From: Cyanobacteria bacterium P01_A01_bin.123
GTDB lineage: Bacteria > Cyanobacteriota > Cyanobacteriia > Phormidesmidales > Phormidesmidaceae
DNA length: 64,000 nt
Assembly (NCBI GenBank): GCA_039815185.1
Contig: JBCBZT010000021.1
Location: forward strand, 32,001-96,000
Direction of reading: 5' to 3'
The notes beneath the pieces are model-generated. The model did no database searches and was not told the DNA's origin. It saw only the letters and a program-made list of their open reading frames with translations. Position numbers and translations under genes: made by a program. This document shows, piece after piece, positions 29,121-38,447 of this stretch (position 1 is its first letter; each line of letters opens with the position of its first letter).

Positions 29121-29774
29121 TTATCGAACTCTTAGTATTCCTGAAGTTTTTCCGGTCTTATCAATAACGCGGCGATATTGAAGCCTCCACTGAAGAGCAT
29201 TTGACATTGTTAAGTAGCCTTGATTTGGACGCGACTCTAAAATCCTATCAGCCAGTTGATTCGCACCGATTTCATCAACAGGAAGATGTCTTTCTAATAT
29301 GAAGGCAACAATATCATCTTTATTTGCATCTCGATCTAAGATCTCCCGTAGTCCTGTGGTAGTTTGAAAGTCAGCAGTTCTAGTTTTGTCTACAAAAACA
29401 GTGTGTTTGATATCTAACCTTCCAGTTCTATTTTCAGAGTCGTCATATTTTTCATAAACAAATACTAGAAGATGATATCCTAATCCAAAAACTTTCTGGG
29501 CTGCTGATTTAAATGGGCAAGAAGATTGGGGCTGTTTGATACTTGTCACTTTCATGTCAACTTCGAGACCAGGGAAATCAATACCTGACGCGGAATTACC
29601 TGGTTGATAGTCATAACTTTCGGATAAATATGCCGTAAACTTATGCTCAAGATAAGTGCCGATTGCTTTACCGTCTGTTATGCCATAAAGCGTAGGTTCG
29701 TTATATGCAGTTTCGACTTCAGCAAACTTGGCTGCCTCAATGCGCAAGTATTCGGCTGTCAATTCTCGCTTCAT
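29121..29774 (-). CDS. Type II restriction endonuclease (PD-(D/E)XK; resembles the NspV type)
   Basis: GIDFPGLEVDMKVTS catalytic-type motif. Its stop codon directly abuts the methyltransferase ATG. Confidence 0.75.
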   Translation of the reverse strand: MKRELTAEYLRIEAAKFAEVETAYNEPTLYGITDGKAIGTYLEHKFTAYLSESYDYQPGNSASGIDFPGLEVDMKVTSIKQPQSSCPFKSAAQKVFGLGYHLLVFVYEKYDDSENRTGRLDIKHTVFVDKTRTADFQTTTGLREILDRDANKDDIVAFILERHLPVDEIGANQLADRILESRPNQGYLTMSNALQWRLQYRRVIDKTGKTSGILRVR

Positions 29775-29880
29775 ACTGATTTTAATGATGGCTCACTCTA
29801 AATAGTACACTGCTCCTCTTGTTTGAAGTTGATATCTTCTTGGCTCAAGTTTCTTTAGAGATGTCAGGTATAAGAGCTTA

Positions 29881-29902
29881 TATATTCAGGCACCTGAATA
29901 TA
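29881..29902. promoter_or_regulatory. Perfect inverted repeat in the R-M leader, possible operator
   Basis: TATATTCAGG-CA-CCTGAATATA. Confidence 0.45.
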
Positions 29903-30000
29903 GAGTGAGAGTTACTGATTGACTGAGATTAAGGTAGGTGTGTCTCAGATGGACAGATGTAAGGAGTAGTTTTAACCCCTCATACTTCTCCCTTACGATC

Positions 30001-30843
30001 TCAATCAACTGCCCATCTGCAAGTCTCTTTCAGCAGATATTTCAACGACAGATCCATGATGAAGCCAATCACGCCGAGCACAATCAGGCAGGCGAAGATT
30101 GTGTCGGTTTGGAAGAATTTTTGAGCGAGTAAGATGCGTCTACCGAGGCCAGTTTCGGCTGCGACCAGTTCGGCGACAACCACCAGATTCCAAGAAGAAG
30201 CCATATTGATCCGAAAGGCATCGATGATGTTGGGCAACACATAAGGCGTAATCACCTGAAACATCACCTGTCGCCGTTGTCCCCCCAGGGTATAGGTCGT
30301 CTCTAACAGGTCTTTAGGCACAAACTTAACGGCATCCATAATCATCAGCGTGTTATAGAACACAGTGCCGATGAAAATTAGCGCAATTTTTGGGGCTTCA
30401 TCGAGACCCAGATAGATAATCAACAGGGGAGTAAAGGCAGGCGCTGGCATATAGCGAACGATGCCGATAATCGGTTCAAATAGCGATCGCAGACTGGCAA
30501 ACGCACCCATGGCAATGCCAATCGGCACTGAAACCAGCCCAGCCAACAAGAAGCCTGCGGCCACCCGCAAAAAGCTGGCGATAGTGTCATCGAGCAGAAA
30601 GCCATCGTTCCAAAGCTTGCCCAAAGCTTGAGCGACCTGTACTGGAGAAGGTAAAAACTTGTCTTCTACCCAGCCCAGACTGGCAATGAGCCACCAAGCC
30701 ATGAAGGGGATTGCCACGGATAAAATCACGAGAATAGTGCTCAGCGATCGCGGCACATCTTCCCCAATCCGCCAAAACACAGTGGGTTTGAGGCTGGGAG
30801 ATTTTTGAGCTGAGGTTTGAACTGAATTAGAAACAGTAGTCAC
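30001..30843 (-). CDS. ABC transporter permease (guanidine uptake)
   Basis: FLPSP, RYMPAPAF, EAA-like LLETTYTLGG, VVAELVAA..GLG and multiple TM helices. Confidence 0.92.
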   Translation of the reverse strand: MTTVSNSVQTSAQKSPSLKPTVFWRIGEDVPRSLSTILVILSVAIPFMAWWLIASLGWVEDKFLPSPVQVAQALGKLWNDGFLLDDTIASFLRVAAGFLLAGLVSVPIGIAMGAFASLRSLFEPIIGIVRYMPAPAFTPLLIIYLGLDEAPKIALIFIGTVFYNTLMIMDAVKFVPKDLLETTYTLGGQRRQVMFQVITPYVLPNIIDAFRINMASSWNLVVVAELVAAETGLGRRILLAQKFFQTDTIFACLIVLGVIGFIMDLSLKYLLKETCRWAVD

Positions 30844-30990
30844 GGTTCAGACTCCGTTAATTCGTCTTTTGTACTTTGCCTTTCGCCCCCCCTTCAAGCT
30901 AATGCGTATACATGAAAAAGGTAGGGATGATTCTTTAGCCAAAAAATATTCAGAGAAGGCGACTGTCAAAGTTGCTAAAGGTTTTTGGAG

Positions 30991-31016
30991 GCCCCCAAAG
31001 TTTCGGGTTTGGGGGC
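30991..31016. other. Stem-loop between the substrate-binding protein and permease genes
   Basis: GCCCCCAAA / TTTGGGGGC stem. Confidence 0.55.
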
Positions 31017-31054
31017 TTTGAGTCTTGTCAATGCCGACGCAACCGTGTTGATGC

Positions 31055-32116
31055 CTACTGCGCCTCGGCGTAAGCCTGAACAAACTGATCATCGAGCACT
31101 GCTTCTAGATCGGGGGCTTCGGGGATGAAGCCGACGCTTACCATGAAATCAGCCATTTGTTCGGCAGCGTAGGGCATAGACGTCATATCTTCCCCCGCTT
31201 GGAAGGCTTCTAGATTTTCCTCTAGGGTGAAGAACCGCGTTCCTTCTAAGTAAAGCCCAAACTCATCGGCGCTGACGCTGGCCCGTGCCGCCATAATTTC
31301 ATTGGCCCGTTCGGTGTTTTCTTCCATAAAGGCCAGAATGTCAAACCAGGTGTTGATAAGAGCCTGCACTTGCTCGGGCTGTTCATCCCGGAGGGTATGA
31401 CTCACCACCAGCAAATCGGGAATTGCCCCTGGATATTCCGCAGAACTAACCAGCTCCTTGCTGCCCTCACGGCTTAAGGCCGTTTCCCAGAAAGGCACCC
31501 AACCTGCGAAGGCATCGACCTGCTCGGCGGCGAAGGCGGTTGCCGCAGCCCCGGTCTCTAAGTTTTTGATCTCAACATCATCGCGGCTTAGCCCTGCATC
31601 TTCTAGCGCTAGACTCAGCAAAAAGTCCCCGACGACGCCTTCTTCTAGGGCAATGGACTTACCGGCAAGATCTTCGACGCTGTTGATATCTCCGGTGACG
31701 ATGATTTTGTCATTGCCTGCGGAGTTGTCGTTGACCAACACTGCGACTTCTCCATTGACGGCTGCATCTGCAAAGGAAATAGTGTCATTGAGGGTTTGGC
31801 AATTGGCATCCAGTTGTCCTGAGGCCAGCGCTTCCATCGAGGCTAAATACCCATCAAACCAAATCAGTTCAACGTTGGCCCCATTTTTTTCAAACAGACC
31901 TTCTTCCTCTGCGATCGCCCAAGGCCACCAGCCCGCCCAACTGCTGTAGCCCATTTTGATCGCTTCTCCGTCACTGGCCACTACTTCAGTCTCTAGGGCA
32001 GAAGCTGCCTCATCAGGACTGGGGGTCTCTGTTGCTGGCTCACTTCCACACCCAACCGCGATCAGCAGGGTACATACAAAAGAAAGTAAAATTGGTAAAA
32101 ACGAACGACGTCTCAT
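31055..32116 (-). CDS. ABC transporter substrate-binding lipoprotein (guanidine)
   Basis: Lipobox AVGC; GYSSWAGWWPW, CQTLNDT and NDNSAGNDK; lies in the gdmH operon. Confidence 0.9.
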   Translation of the reverse strand: MRRRSFLPILLSFVCTLLIAVGCGSEPATETPSPDEAASALETEVVASDGEAIKMGYSSWAGWWPWAIAEEEGLFEKNGANVELIWFDGYLASMEALASGQLDANCQTLNDTISFADAAVNGEVAVLVNDNSAGNDKIIVTGDINSVEDLAGKSIALEEGVVGDFLLSLALEDAGLSRDDVEIKNLETGAAATAFAAEQVDAFAGWVPFWETALSREGSKELVSSAEYPGAIPDLLVVSHTLRDEQPEQVQALINTWFDILAFMEENTERANEIMAARASVSADEFGLYLEGTRFFTLEENLEAFQAGEDMTSMPYAAEQMADFMVSVGFIPEAPDLEAVLDDQFVQAYAEAQ

Positions 32117-32138
32117 TAACTTCTCCTATTAACTAACT

Positions 32139-32822
32139 CTAATTCTCAACTGGCACCCTCACCTGCGATCGCACCCAATCAAACCACGTATCCAATCCCT
32201 GCCCTGTCTTAGCCGATACGGGAATCACCGTCACTTGGGGGTTCACCTGACGGATGTTGGCTTCGATTTTGGTGATGTCTACATCGACATAGGGGGCTAG
32301 GTCAGTTTTGGTGATCAGCAGCACATCAGCTTCCCGAAACATGACGGGATACTTCAGCGGTTTGTCTTCCCCTTCGGTGACGCTGAGTAGCGCAACTTTG
32401 GCATGTTCGCCCACTTCAAATTCGGCAGGGCAGACTAAGTTACCCACGTTTTCAACCAGCACCAGCTCAAGGGCTGCTGGCTTGTGATTGTGCTTCAGTT
32501 GGTGGATGCCACCCGCGACCATCTTGGCGTCAAGGTGGCAGGCGCGTCCGGTGTTGATGGCGATTACGGGAACACCGTATTGCCGCAGGCGATCGGCATC
32601 CAGTTCTGTGGTCATGTCGCCTTCAATCACAGCGATTTTGAACTCTCGGCTGAGGGTTGCCAGGGTTTTTTCTAACAGTGCCGTTTTACCTGCGCCAGGG
32701 CTACTCATCAGGTTGAAGCAGGTGATCTGCCACTCGTCAAAGTGCGCCCGGTTATGATCGGCTCCGTCTTGGTTTGCGTGGAGTAGGTTAATGCCGAGGG
32801 CGGCGTCAAAGGTTTGATGCAT
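32139..32822 (-). CDS. hypB: HypB-type Ni-insertion GTPase (GhaB, guanidine hydrolase accessory protein)
   Basis: [29 protein letters not shown] and [19 protein letters not shown] precedes MHQTF. Confidence 0.93.
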   Translation of the reverse strand: MHQTFDAALGINLLHANQDGADHNRAHFDEWQITCFNLMSSPGAGKTALLEKTLATLSREFKIAVIEGDMTTELDADRLRQYGVPVIAINTGRACHLDAKMVAGGIHQLKHNHKPAALELVLVENVGNLVCPAEFEVGEHAKVALLSVTEGEDKPLKYPVMFREADVLLITKTDLAPYVDVDITKIEANIRQVNPQVTVIPVSAKTGQGLDTWFDWVRSQVRVPVEN

Positions 32823-32841
32823 CTTTAATTTCTCTCCTTCT

Positions 32842-34203
32842 CTAAAAGAACTTGAGGTAGCGTTTGATCTCCCAATCTGAAACATGGGTGTGGTACTCTT
32901 CCCACTCCTGCCGTTTGAAATCGGTGTAGGTTTGGTGCATCAGCGGCCCCATGACTGTTTTCGCTAGGGGATCGGCTTCAAAGGCGTCGATCGCCTCTGA
33001 TAAGGTGCGGGGCAATAGATCAATCCCCATGGTCTCTAATTCATCAAGGGAATACTGATACATATTTTCAGTGTGGGGTTCACCGGGATCGAGCCCTTCG
33101 CGAATGCCTTCTAACCCAGCCGCTAAAATCAGCGCCGCCCCGAGATAAAGATTCGTGGAAATGTCGGCAGCACGGCACTCGACTCGGCCCCCAGCTAGGG
33201 GAATACGGAGCATGTTGGTGCGGTTGTTGTTGCCGTAGCAGATGTATACCGGAGCCCAAGTGAAGCCAGACATGCTGCCCTGGCGCACCAGTCGCTTATA
33301 GCTGTTGACCGTAGGACAGGTCACGGCGACGACTGCTTTAGCATGGCGGAGAACCCCTGCAATAAACTGATAACCGAGTTTTGAGAGCTTGCAACCGTGC
33401 GGATCGTCGGGGTCTTCAAATAGGTTTTTGCCGCTGTCCATATCCGCTAAGGACATGTTGTAGTGTGCCCCGCTACCCGTTTTATCCCCGGCAATTTTTG
33501 GCATAAAGGAGGCGAAGTACCCCTGCTGCCGTGCCAATTCCTTCACCATCAATCGAAAGAAGGTGAGCCGATCAGCCATAGTTAGGGCGTTGGTGTAGGT
33601 GAAGTCCGTTTCAAACTGGCCCTGGGCGTCTTCATGATCGAAGGAATACACATCCCAGCCCAGGTCATTCATGGCGCTGACGATGCTGTCTAGAATCTTG
33701 TAGTTGTCCAGTAGGGTAGGGATATCGTAAGCGGCTTTGGGCAAAATGTCGCGATCGCTGATCGGCCCATAGCTGCCATCCGGATGGTCTTTAAGAATAA
33801 AAAACTCAGTCTCGATACCCAGGTTGAAGGTGTAACCCATCTCTGCGGCTTGGGCCAACACTTGCTTCAAGATTGTGCGGCAGCAGGCGTCAAACGGTTG
33901 TCCCGACAGATATAAATCACTGGCAAACCAAGCCACTTCTGAATTCCACGGCAAAATTGTCACAGTGTCGGGATCGGGCATCGCCGCCACTTCTTCATCG
34001 CTGACCTCTTGGGGTATGCCATCAAGGGCTGCCCCCGTAAACAGTTCTGACCCTGCCATCATCTGCCCCAGATGGGCAAGCGGAACCATTTTGGCTTTGC
34101 ACATGCCGTGAATATCGACATAGCTGGCCAGGGCATACTTGACGCCTTTAGCCTCTAAGGAAGCTTTGAGTGAAGCAATTTCAGGGGAGAGGGATGGGCT
34201 CAT
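32842..34203 (-). CDS. Glutamine synthetase-like gamma-glutamyl ligase (GlnT / GmaS type)
   Basis: [21 protein letters not shown]...[21 protein letters not shown] and VECRAAD. The flap reads SGFTWAP rather than GYEAP. Confidence 0.88.
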   Translation of the reverse strand: MSPSLSPEIASLKASLEAKGVKYALASYVDIHGMCKAKMVPLAHLGQMMAGSELFTGAALDGIPQEVSDEEVAAMPDPDTVTILPWNSEVAWFASDLYLSGQPFDACCRTILKQVLAQAAEMGYTFNLGIETEFFILKDHPDGSYGPISDRDILPKAAYDIPTLLDNYKILDSIVSAMNDLGWDVYSFDHEDAQGQFETDFTYTNALTMADRLTFFRLMVKELARQQGYFASFMPKIAGDKTGSGAHYNMSLADMDSGKNLFEDPDDPHGCKLSKLGYQFIAGVLRHAKAVVAVTCPTVNSYKRLVRQGSMSGFTWAPVYICYGNNNRTNMLRIPLAGGRVECRAADISTNLYLGAALILAAGLEGIREGLDPGEPHTENMYQYSLDELETMGIDLLPRTLSEAIDAFEADPLAKTVMGPLMHQTYTDFKRQEWEEYHTHVSDWEIKRYLKFF

Positions 34204-34204
34204 G

Positions 34205-34272
34205 GCGTTGGGGAGAGGGGGATGGGGAGAGAGGGAGAGGGAGAGGGGGAGAAGGGGGGATGGGGAGAAGGG
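34205..34272. repeat. Polypurine/polypyrimidine low-complexity tract
   Basis: GGGGAGAGGGGATGGGGAGAGAGGGAGAGGGAGAGGGGGAG... between hypA and the ligase gene. Confidence 0.8.
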
Positions 34273-34662
34273 TTAGGGGACAAGGGCGGCTTGGTGAGGG
34301 GTGTTGGCTCCAGTGGGGGTGTATTCTATGCGATCGATCTTGAGTTCTCGACCGGAACGGATGTCGTCCATGGGGGCTTGGCAGGTGGGGCAGGCGTATT
34401 GCAGGCCAATTACTGGGCGATAGTCTTGCTGGCAAGCATGGCAAAAGGCGATTAGCGGTGTTTCGGCGATCGCCAGTTCTGCCCCTTCGAGAAACGTGCC
34501 TTGGGTTTGCACGTCAAAGGCAAATTGCAGGCTCACGGGTTCTACACAGGTGAACTGCCCGACGACCAAGTGGATTTTGGCAATCTGGGGCCGCTCGGGT
34601 TGAGACTCCCACCAGTCGCGCACGGTGATGATCAAGGCTTTGGTCATGTCAGTTTCGTGCAT
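34273..34662 (-). CDS. hypA: HypA-type Ni metallochaperone (GhaA)
   Basis: MHE N-terminus, CHAC and CPTC Zn sites, and SGREL. Confidence 0.93.
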   Translation of the reverse strand: MHETDMTKALIITVRDWWESQPERPQIAKIHLVVGQFTCVEPVSLQFAFDVQTQGTFLEGAELAIAETPLIAFCHACQQDYRPVIGLQYACPTCQAPMDDIRSGRELKIDRIEYTPTGANTPHQAALVP

Positions 34663-34670
34663 GGCTGGCG

Positions 34671-35867
34671 TTACTCCCAGGGTGAATCAACGGTCATGTC
34701 GGCTTCTTCGTTGATGTAGGCGGGGGGCTGCGATCGCGGCAGTTGACCCGAAAGCACCAAATGGGCCATCGTGTCGCAAATCACGCGGGTGGCCATCAGC
34801 GCCGTCATATCGCTGACATCATAGGGGGGCGACACTTCTACGACTTCGATGCCGCACACGGGCACTGCCTGCACAATCCGCTTGAGTAAGTACAAGGCTT
34901 CGCGAGGCATCAGCCCACCGGGTTCTGGCCAACCTGTGCCGGGGACAAAGCCAGCGTCAATGCAGTCGATATCAAAGCTGATCCACACACAATCAGTGCC
35001 GTCGGTAGCTTTAGCGATAGCAAAGTCGGCGGCGGCATCCAGGCCCATTTCAGTAATGTCGGTGACGGTGAGAATGTTGGTGGCCCGTTCGCGGCACACT
35101 TTCACCCCTTGACGCGGCACCTGCCAACCGCCAATACCAAGCTGCACCAGGTTTTTAGCCGGGGCATTGGCCATGTTGGTAGCGTGGAACCAAGGGCAAG
35201 TGTGCATCCGTTCATCCAGATCAGTTTCCTGGGTATCCACATGGCGATCAAAGTGGATGATACCCACTTTCTTATCCCCCAGGTGGCGGCAAATGCCCCG
35301 CACCGTGGGGAAACCAATGGAGTGGTCACCGCCCAGCACGATCGGAAAAGCACCCGAACTAAAAATGTGGGCAATGCCCTTAGAGATTTGGTCAAACGAC
35401 TTTTCGTTGTTGGCCGGAATGGTGAAGATATCTCCCACATCACATAGGGTGATTTGTTCGCGCAAGTCCACCCCCAATTCAAAGTTGTAGGGCGTGTAGA
35501 GCGCTGAGATGCGGCGAATCCCTTGGGGGCCAAAACGAGTCCCTGGTCGATAGGTGGTGCCTGAGTCGTGGGGTACGCCCACGATGGCCACATCGTATTC
35601 GCCGACCTTGTGCACGTCTTCAACATAGGGGGCTTTCAAAAAAGTATTGATGCCCGCATAGTGGGGCAATTCTCCGCGCGAGAAGGTGGAAATGCTGCGA
35701 TCGCGGATACTCTCAGCCGCTTCTAGACCGAACGCTAACCCTTGAGAAACTTCCTGTTGCCAACCCGTCATCGGCAGCTGGTTTTCTTTGGCGAGGGCAC
35801 GATTGGCTTCAGTTGAGTCGGGCCTGTCCGAATCAGAAGGCGTTGGTGTGTTTGGCATATCTGTCAT
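34671..35867 (-). CDS. gdmH: Ni-dependent guanidine hydrolase (ureohydrolase family)
   Basis: TFSRGELPHYAGINTF, GGDHS, HFDRHVD, ERMHTCPW and SFDIDCIDAGFVPGTGWPEPGG. Preceded by a guanidine-I riboswitch and followed by hypA/hypB. GGAGG RBS at 35881-35885. Confidence 0.93.
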   Translation of the reverse strand: MTDMPNTPTPSDSDRPDSTEANRALAKENQLPMTGWQQEVSQGLAFGLEAAESIRDRSISTFSRGELPHYAGINTFLKAPYVEDVHKVGEYDVAIVGVPHDSGTTYRPGTRFGPQGIRRISALYTPYNFELGVDLREQITLCDVGDIFTIPANNEKSFDQISKGIAHIFSSGAFPIVLGGDHSIGFPTVRGICRHLGDKKVGIIHFDRHVDTQETDLDERMHTCPWFHATNMANAPAKNLVQLGIGGWQVPRQGVKVCRERATNILTVTDITEMGLDAAADFAIAKATDGTDCVWISFDIDCIDAGFVPGTGWPEPGGLMPREALYLLKRIVQAVPVCGIEVVEVSPPYDVSDMTALMATRVICDTMAHLVLSGQLPRSQPPAYINEEADMTVDSPWE

Positions 35868-35925
35868 AGCTGATGCGAATCCTCCAATCTTGACGAGCAG
35901 GCAAAACATAAGTGGGCGGATAATT

Positions 35926-35982
35926 ATAAAAGCCCGGGAGAGTGTGGGCGCAGTGCGCTCCCATGCTCTCCCGGGCTTTTAT
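35926..35982 (-). terminator. Riboswitch expression platform (terminator overlapping aptamer P3)
   Basis: ATAAAAGCCCGGGAGAG...CTCTCCCGGGCTTTTAT long stem; its 5' arm is the aptamer's 3' end. Confidence 0.85.
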
Positions 35983-36122
35983 CCCGCCGTGTAACCAGTA
36001 TTTGAAGAATACTACCTTGCCGCTGGGGGTGGTGAAGTAACCTTCCACTGGCTGCTTCTCTTGGACCAGACATTTAGGCGACGAAACGTCTTTTCTACCT
36101 AAATCGGAACCCTAGAAGCCAA
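35968..36122 (-). ncRNA. Guanidine-I riboswitch (ykkC-yxkD motif)
   Basis: Minus strand: GCTTCTAGGGTTCCG...CTGGTCCAAGAGAAGC...ACACGGCGGGATAAAAGCCCGGGAG, upstream of gdmH. Confidence 0.95.
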
Positions 36123-36306
36123 TAACCCAAATTCGGCCTCGAACCGGTAACTTTCCCTGATCAGGGTTCCATAGTTCTACGGCCAAACCGAGTTAAATTC
36201 AATTGTGATTTAGGTCATGGCCAAACACTCATCGATTATGCATTGCTGCCCGACGCTGCACCATGCCCATGCCTTCAATAGATATCAAGGGGGTAGACCA
36301 CAAGGG

Positions 36307-36320
36307 GTATCAGAAACTAC
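36307..36320. promoter_or_regulatory. NtcA-type binding site
   Basis: GTA-TCAGAAAC-TAC is an exact GTA-N8-TAC between the riboswitch and the divergent gene. Confidence 0.65.
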
Positions 36321-36391
36321 GCAATCGAACTAAAAGCGCAGGTTGACACAAAACTTCATTACAATCGTAAGTATGAGTGTGTAATCAACCC

Positions 36392-36811
36392 ATGACCACG
36401 ACCCCGTCTGACCCCGTTAGCCAAATCCAGTATTCACCCGCAACCCTGGCCCGTGCTCGTCGTGCCATTGGCTGTGCCCCTTTTCGATTGAAACTGCTAA
36501 CCGACATGCGATCAGAGAGTGTGGCTATCAGCGCGATCGCTGATGCAAAGGGCATTCACAACGGTTATACCCAACGACCGTTATCAGAACTCGCGGCTGA
36601 AAATGAGCTGCTGTGGCTGATTGAAGTGGGGCTACTGCGGCGGGAAGTCGATGGTCAGGGATTAACCGATAGCTTCCGCCTCACCCCCCTCGGGCGGCAG
36701 GTCGTCACTCAGTTGACAGGAACAGGATTTCCGGATTCTCGTCCCCCAGTAAGGGATCAAATATATAATTCGTTGAGCCGTTGGTTGCGTTGGCCAGGAT
36801 GGTTGCAGTAA
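36392..36811 (+). CDS. Conserved cyanobacterial winged-helix-like protein (Npun_F0494 family)
   Basis: LLWLIEVGLLRREVDGQGLTDSFRLTPLGRQ. Confidence 0.8.
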   Translation: MTTTPSDPVSQIQYSPATLARARRAIGCAPFRLKLLTDMRSESVAISAIADAKGIHNGYTQRPLSELAAENELLWLIEVGLLRREVDGQGLTDSFRLTPLGRQVVTQLTGTGFPDSRPPVRDQIYNSLSRWLRWPGWLQ

Positions 36812-36959
36812 GTCACGGCAACACCTGGGACTGCATCATCAGGCTCAACCCAGTTCGCGGCAAACCCGCTAAGTTTGCGGCCTAAAAAATAATCCCTTTG
36901 AACTTGACTTTAGATTTCTCCCTTGTATACCTCAGTCAGCCCCATTAGGAGGACGATTA

Positions 36960-38447
36960 ATGAAGGCAATTATGGTGGTAGGAACCACGTCCCATGCGGG
37001 TAAATCCCTTTTGGTGACTGCCCTTTGCCGAGTCTTCAGTCGTCGCGGCTGGCGAGTGGCCCCCTTCAAAGGGCAAAATATGGCGCTGAATGCTTATGTC
37101 ACCGCGACTGGTGCTGAAATTGGGTATGCTCAAGCGCTGCAAGCCTGGGCTGCTGGGGTGCCTCCCCAAGTGGAAATGAACCCGATTTTGCTCAAACCCC
37201 AGGGAGACATGACATCCCAGGTGGTGTTGAAAGGACGCGCTATTGGCCGGACTAATGCGGCTGAGTATTACGACAAATTCTTTGATGTGGGTTGGCAAGC
37301 GATTCAAGACGCGCTATCCCGGCTGGGTCAAGACTTTGACCTAGTGGTGTGTGAGGGAGCAGGTAGTCCCGCAGAAATCAACCTCAAACATCGTGACCTG
37401 ACCAACATGCGTGTTGCCCAACATCTTGATGCGCCTACGATTTTGATTGCAGATATTGATCGCGGTGGTGTCTTTGCCCATATTATCGGCACTTTAGAAC
37501 TCCTCGATCCTGATGAACGAGCCTTAATCAAGGGCATCGTGATTAACAAGTTTCGAGGGCAGCGAGAGCTGCTGCAATCAGGCATTGATTGGCTAGAAGA
37601 GCGTACTGGGATTCCGGTATTGGGGGTACTCCCCTGGATGGATCAGGTCTTCCCTGCCGAAGATTCACTGTCACTGATGTCCCGTGAACCTGATCGGGGC
37701 AGTGGTGAGGTAACGGTCGCTGTGATTCGCTTGCCGCGCATTTCTAACTTTACGGATTTTGACCCGCTCGAAGCTGAACCTTCGGTGCGAGTCAAATATG
37801 TCAGCTCTCGAGAGGGGCTAGGCTATCCTGATGCGATCATTTTGCCCGGCTCCAAAACTGCGATCGCGGATCTAATTGCCCTCCAGCGTTCAGGCTTGGC
37901 CGAAGAAATTCAAAACTACGCTGCTGCGGGTGGAACCGTGATGGGGATTTGTGGTGGCTTTCAGATCATGGGTGACCTGCTTGCCGATCCGGAGGGGATT
38001 GAAGGTCATGAGGGGCGTTTCAAAGGATTGGGGCTCTTGCCCCTACGGACAGTGATCACGACCCAAAAAGTTGCCCGTCAGCGCAACGCGACGTCGCAAT
38101 ATCCTCAAGAAGGGCTCCCCATTGTGGGCTATGAAATTCATCAAGGCCGCACTCAGTTATCTTCTACAAAAGATGATCCTGACGCGCCGAATTATCATTC
38201 TCTTTTTGACGATCGCAGCTTAGGGGTTGTCGATGAGTCGATGTCTATTTGGGGCACCTATCTGCACGGCATTTTTGATAATGGGGCTTGGCGTCGCGCT
38301 TGGCTCAATCATTTGCGTCAGCAACGGGGTCTTGGGTCTTTACCCACGGGTGTGCCGAACTATCGAGAGCAGCGAGAAGCCATCCTGAGTGAGCTTGCCG
38401 ATACGGTTGAAAAGCATCTCAACCTTGATGCTATTTTGCCAAGCTGA
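36960..38447 (+). CDS. cobQ: Cobyric acid synthase
   Basis: GTTSHAGKS, PFKGQNM, EGAGSPAEINL, ISNFTDF, GICGGFQ and GTYLHG. Confidence 0.96.
   Translation: MKAIMVVGTTSHAGKSLLVTALCRVFSRRGWRVAPFKGQNMALNAYVTATGAEIGYAQALQAWAAGVPPQVEMNPILLKPQGDMTSQVVLKGRAIGRTNAAEYYDKFFDVGWQAIQDALSRLGQDFDLVVCEGAGSPAEINLKHRDLTNMRVAQHLDAPTILIADIDRGGVFAHIIGTLELLDPDERALIKGIVINKFRGQRELLQSGIDWLEERTGIPVLGVLPWMDQVFPAEDSLSLMSREPDRGSGEVTVAVIRLPRISNFTDFDPLEAEPSVRVKYVSSREGLGYPDAIILPGSKTAIADLIALQRSGLAEEIQNYAAAGGTVMGICGGFQIMGDLLADPEGIEGHEGRFKGLGLLPLRTVITTQKVARQRNATSQYPQEGLPIVGYEIHQGRTQLSSTKDDPDAPNYHSLFDDRSLGVVDESMSIWGTYLHGIFDNGAWRRAWLNHLRQQRGLGSLPTGVPNYREQREAILSELADTVEKHLNLDAILPS

Noticed and set aside
27567..29774. Site avoidance as evidence for TTCGAA specificity of the R-M system
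   Set aside because: TTCGAA occurs several times in the window (for example near 1217, 23736, 53284 and 61091), so composition gives no support; the specificity is unverified.
32842..34203. Canonical glutamine synthetase glnA
   Set aside because: It lacks the GYEAP flap (TWAP instead) and the GSI-type FDGSS motif (FTGAA instead).
34181..34455. Pro-rich and Gly-rich ORFs across the hypA/ligase junction
   Set aside because: They arise from the low-complexity tract and overlap real genes.
32139..34662. hypA/hypB as hydrogenase maturation genes
   Set aside because: No hydrogenase or other hyp genes are nearby. Their position behind gdmH and the riboswitch indicates Ni delivery to guanidine hydrolase.
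34671..35867. Agmatinase (speB) annotation
   Set aside because: The N-terminal extension, DRHVD and HTCPW motifs, riboswitch and Ni chaperones match GdmH.
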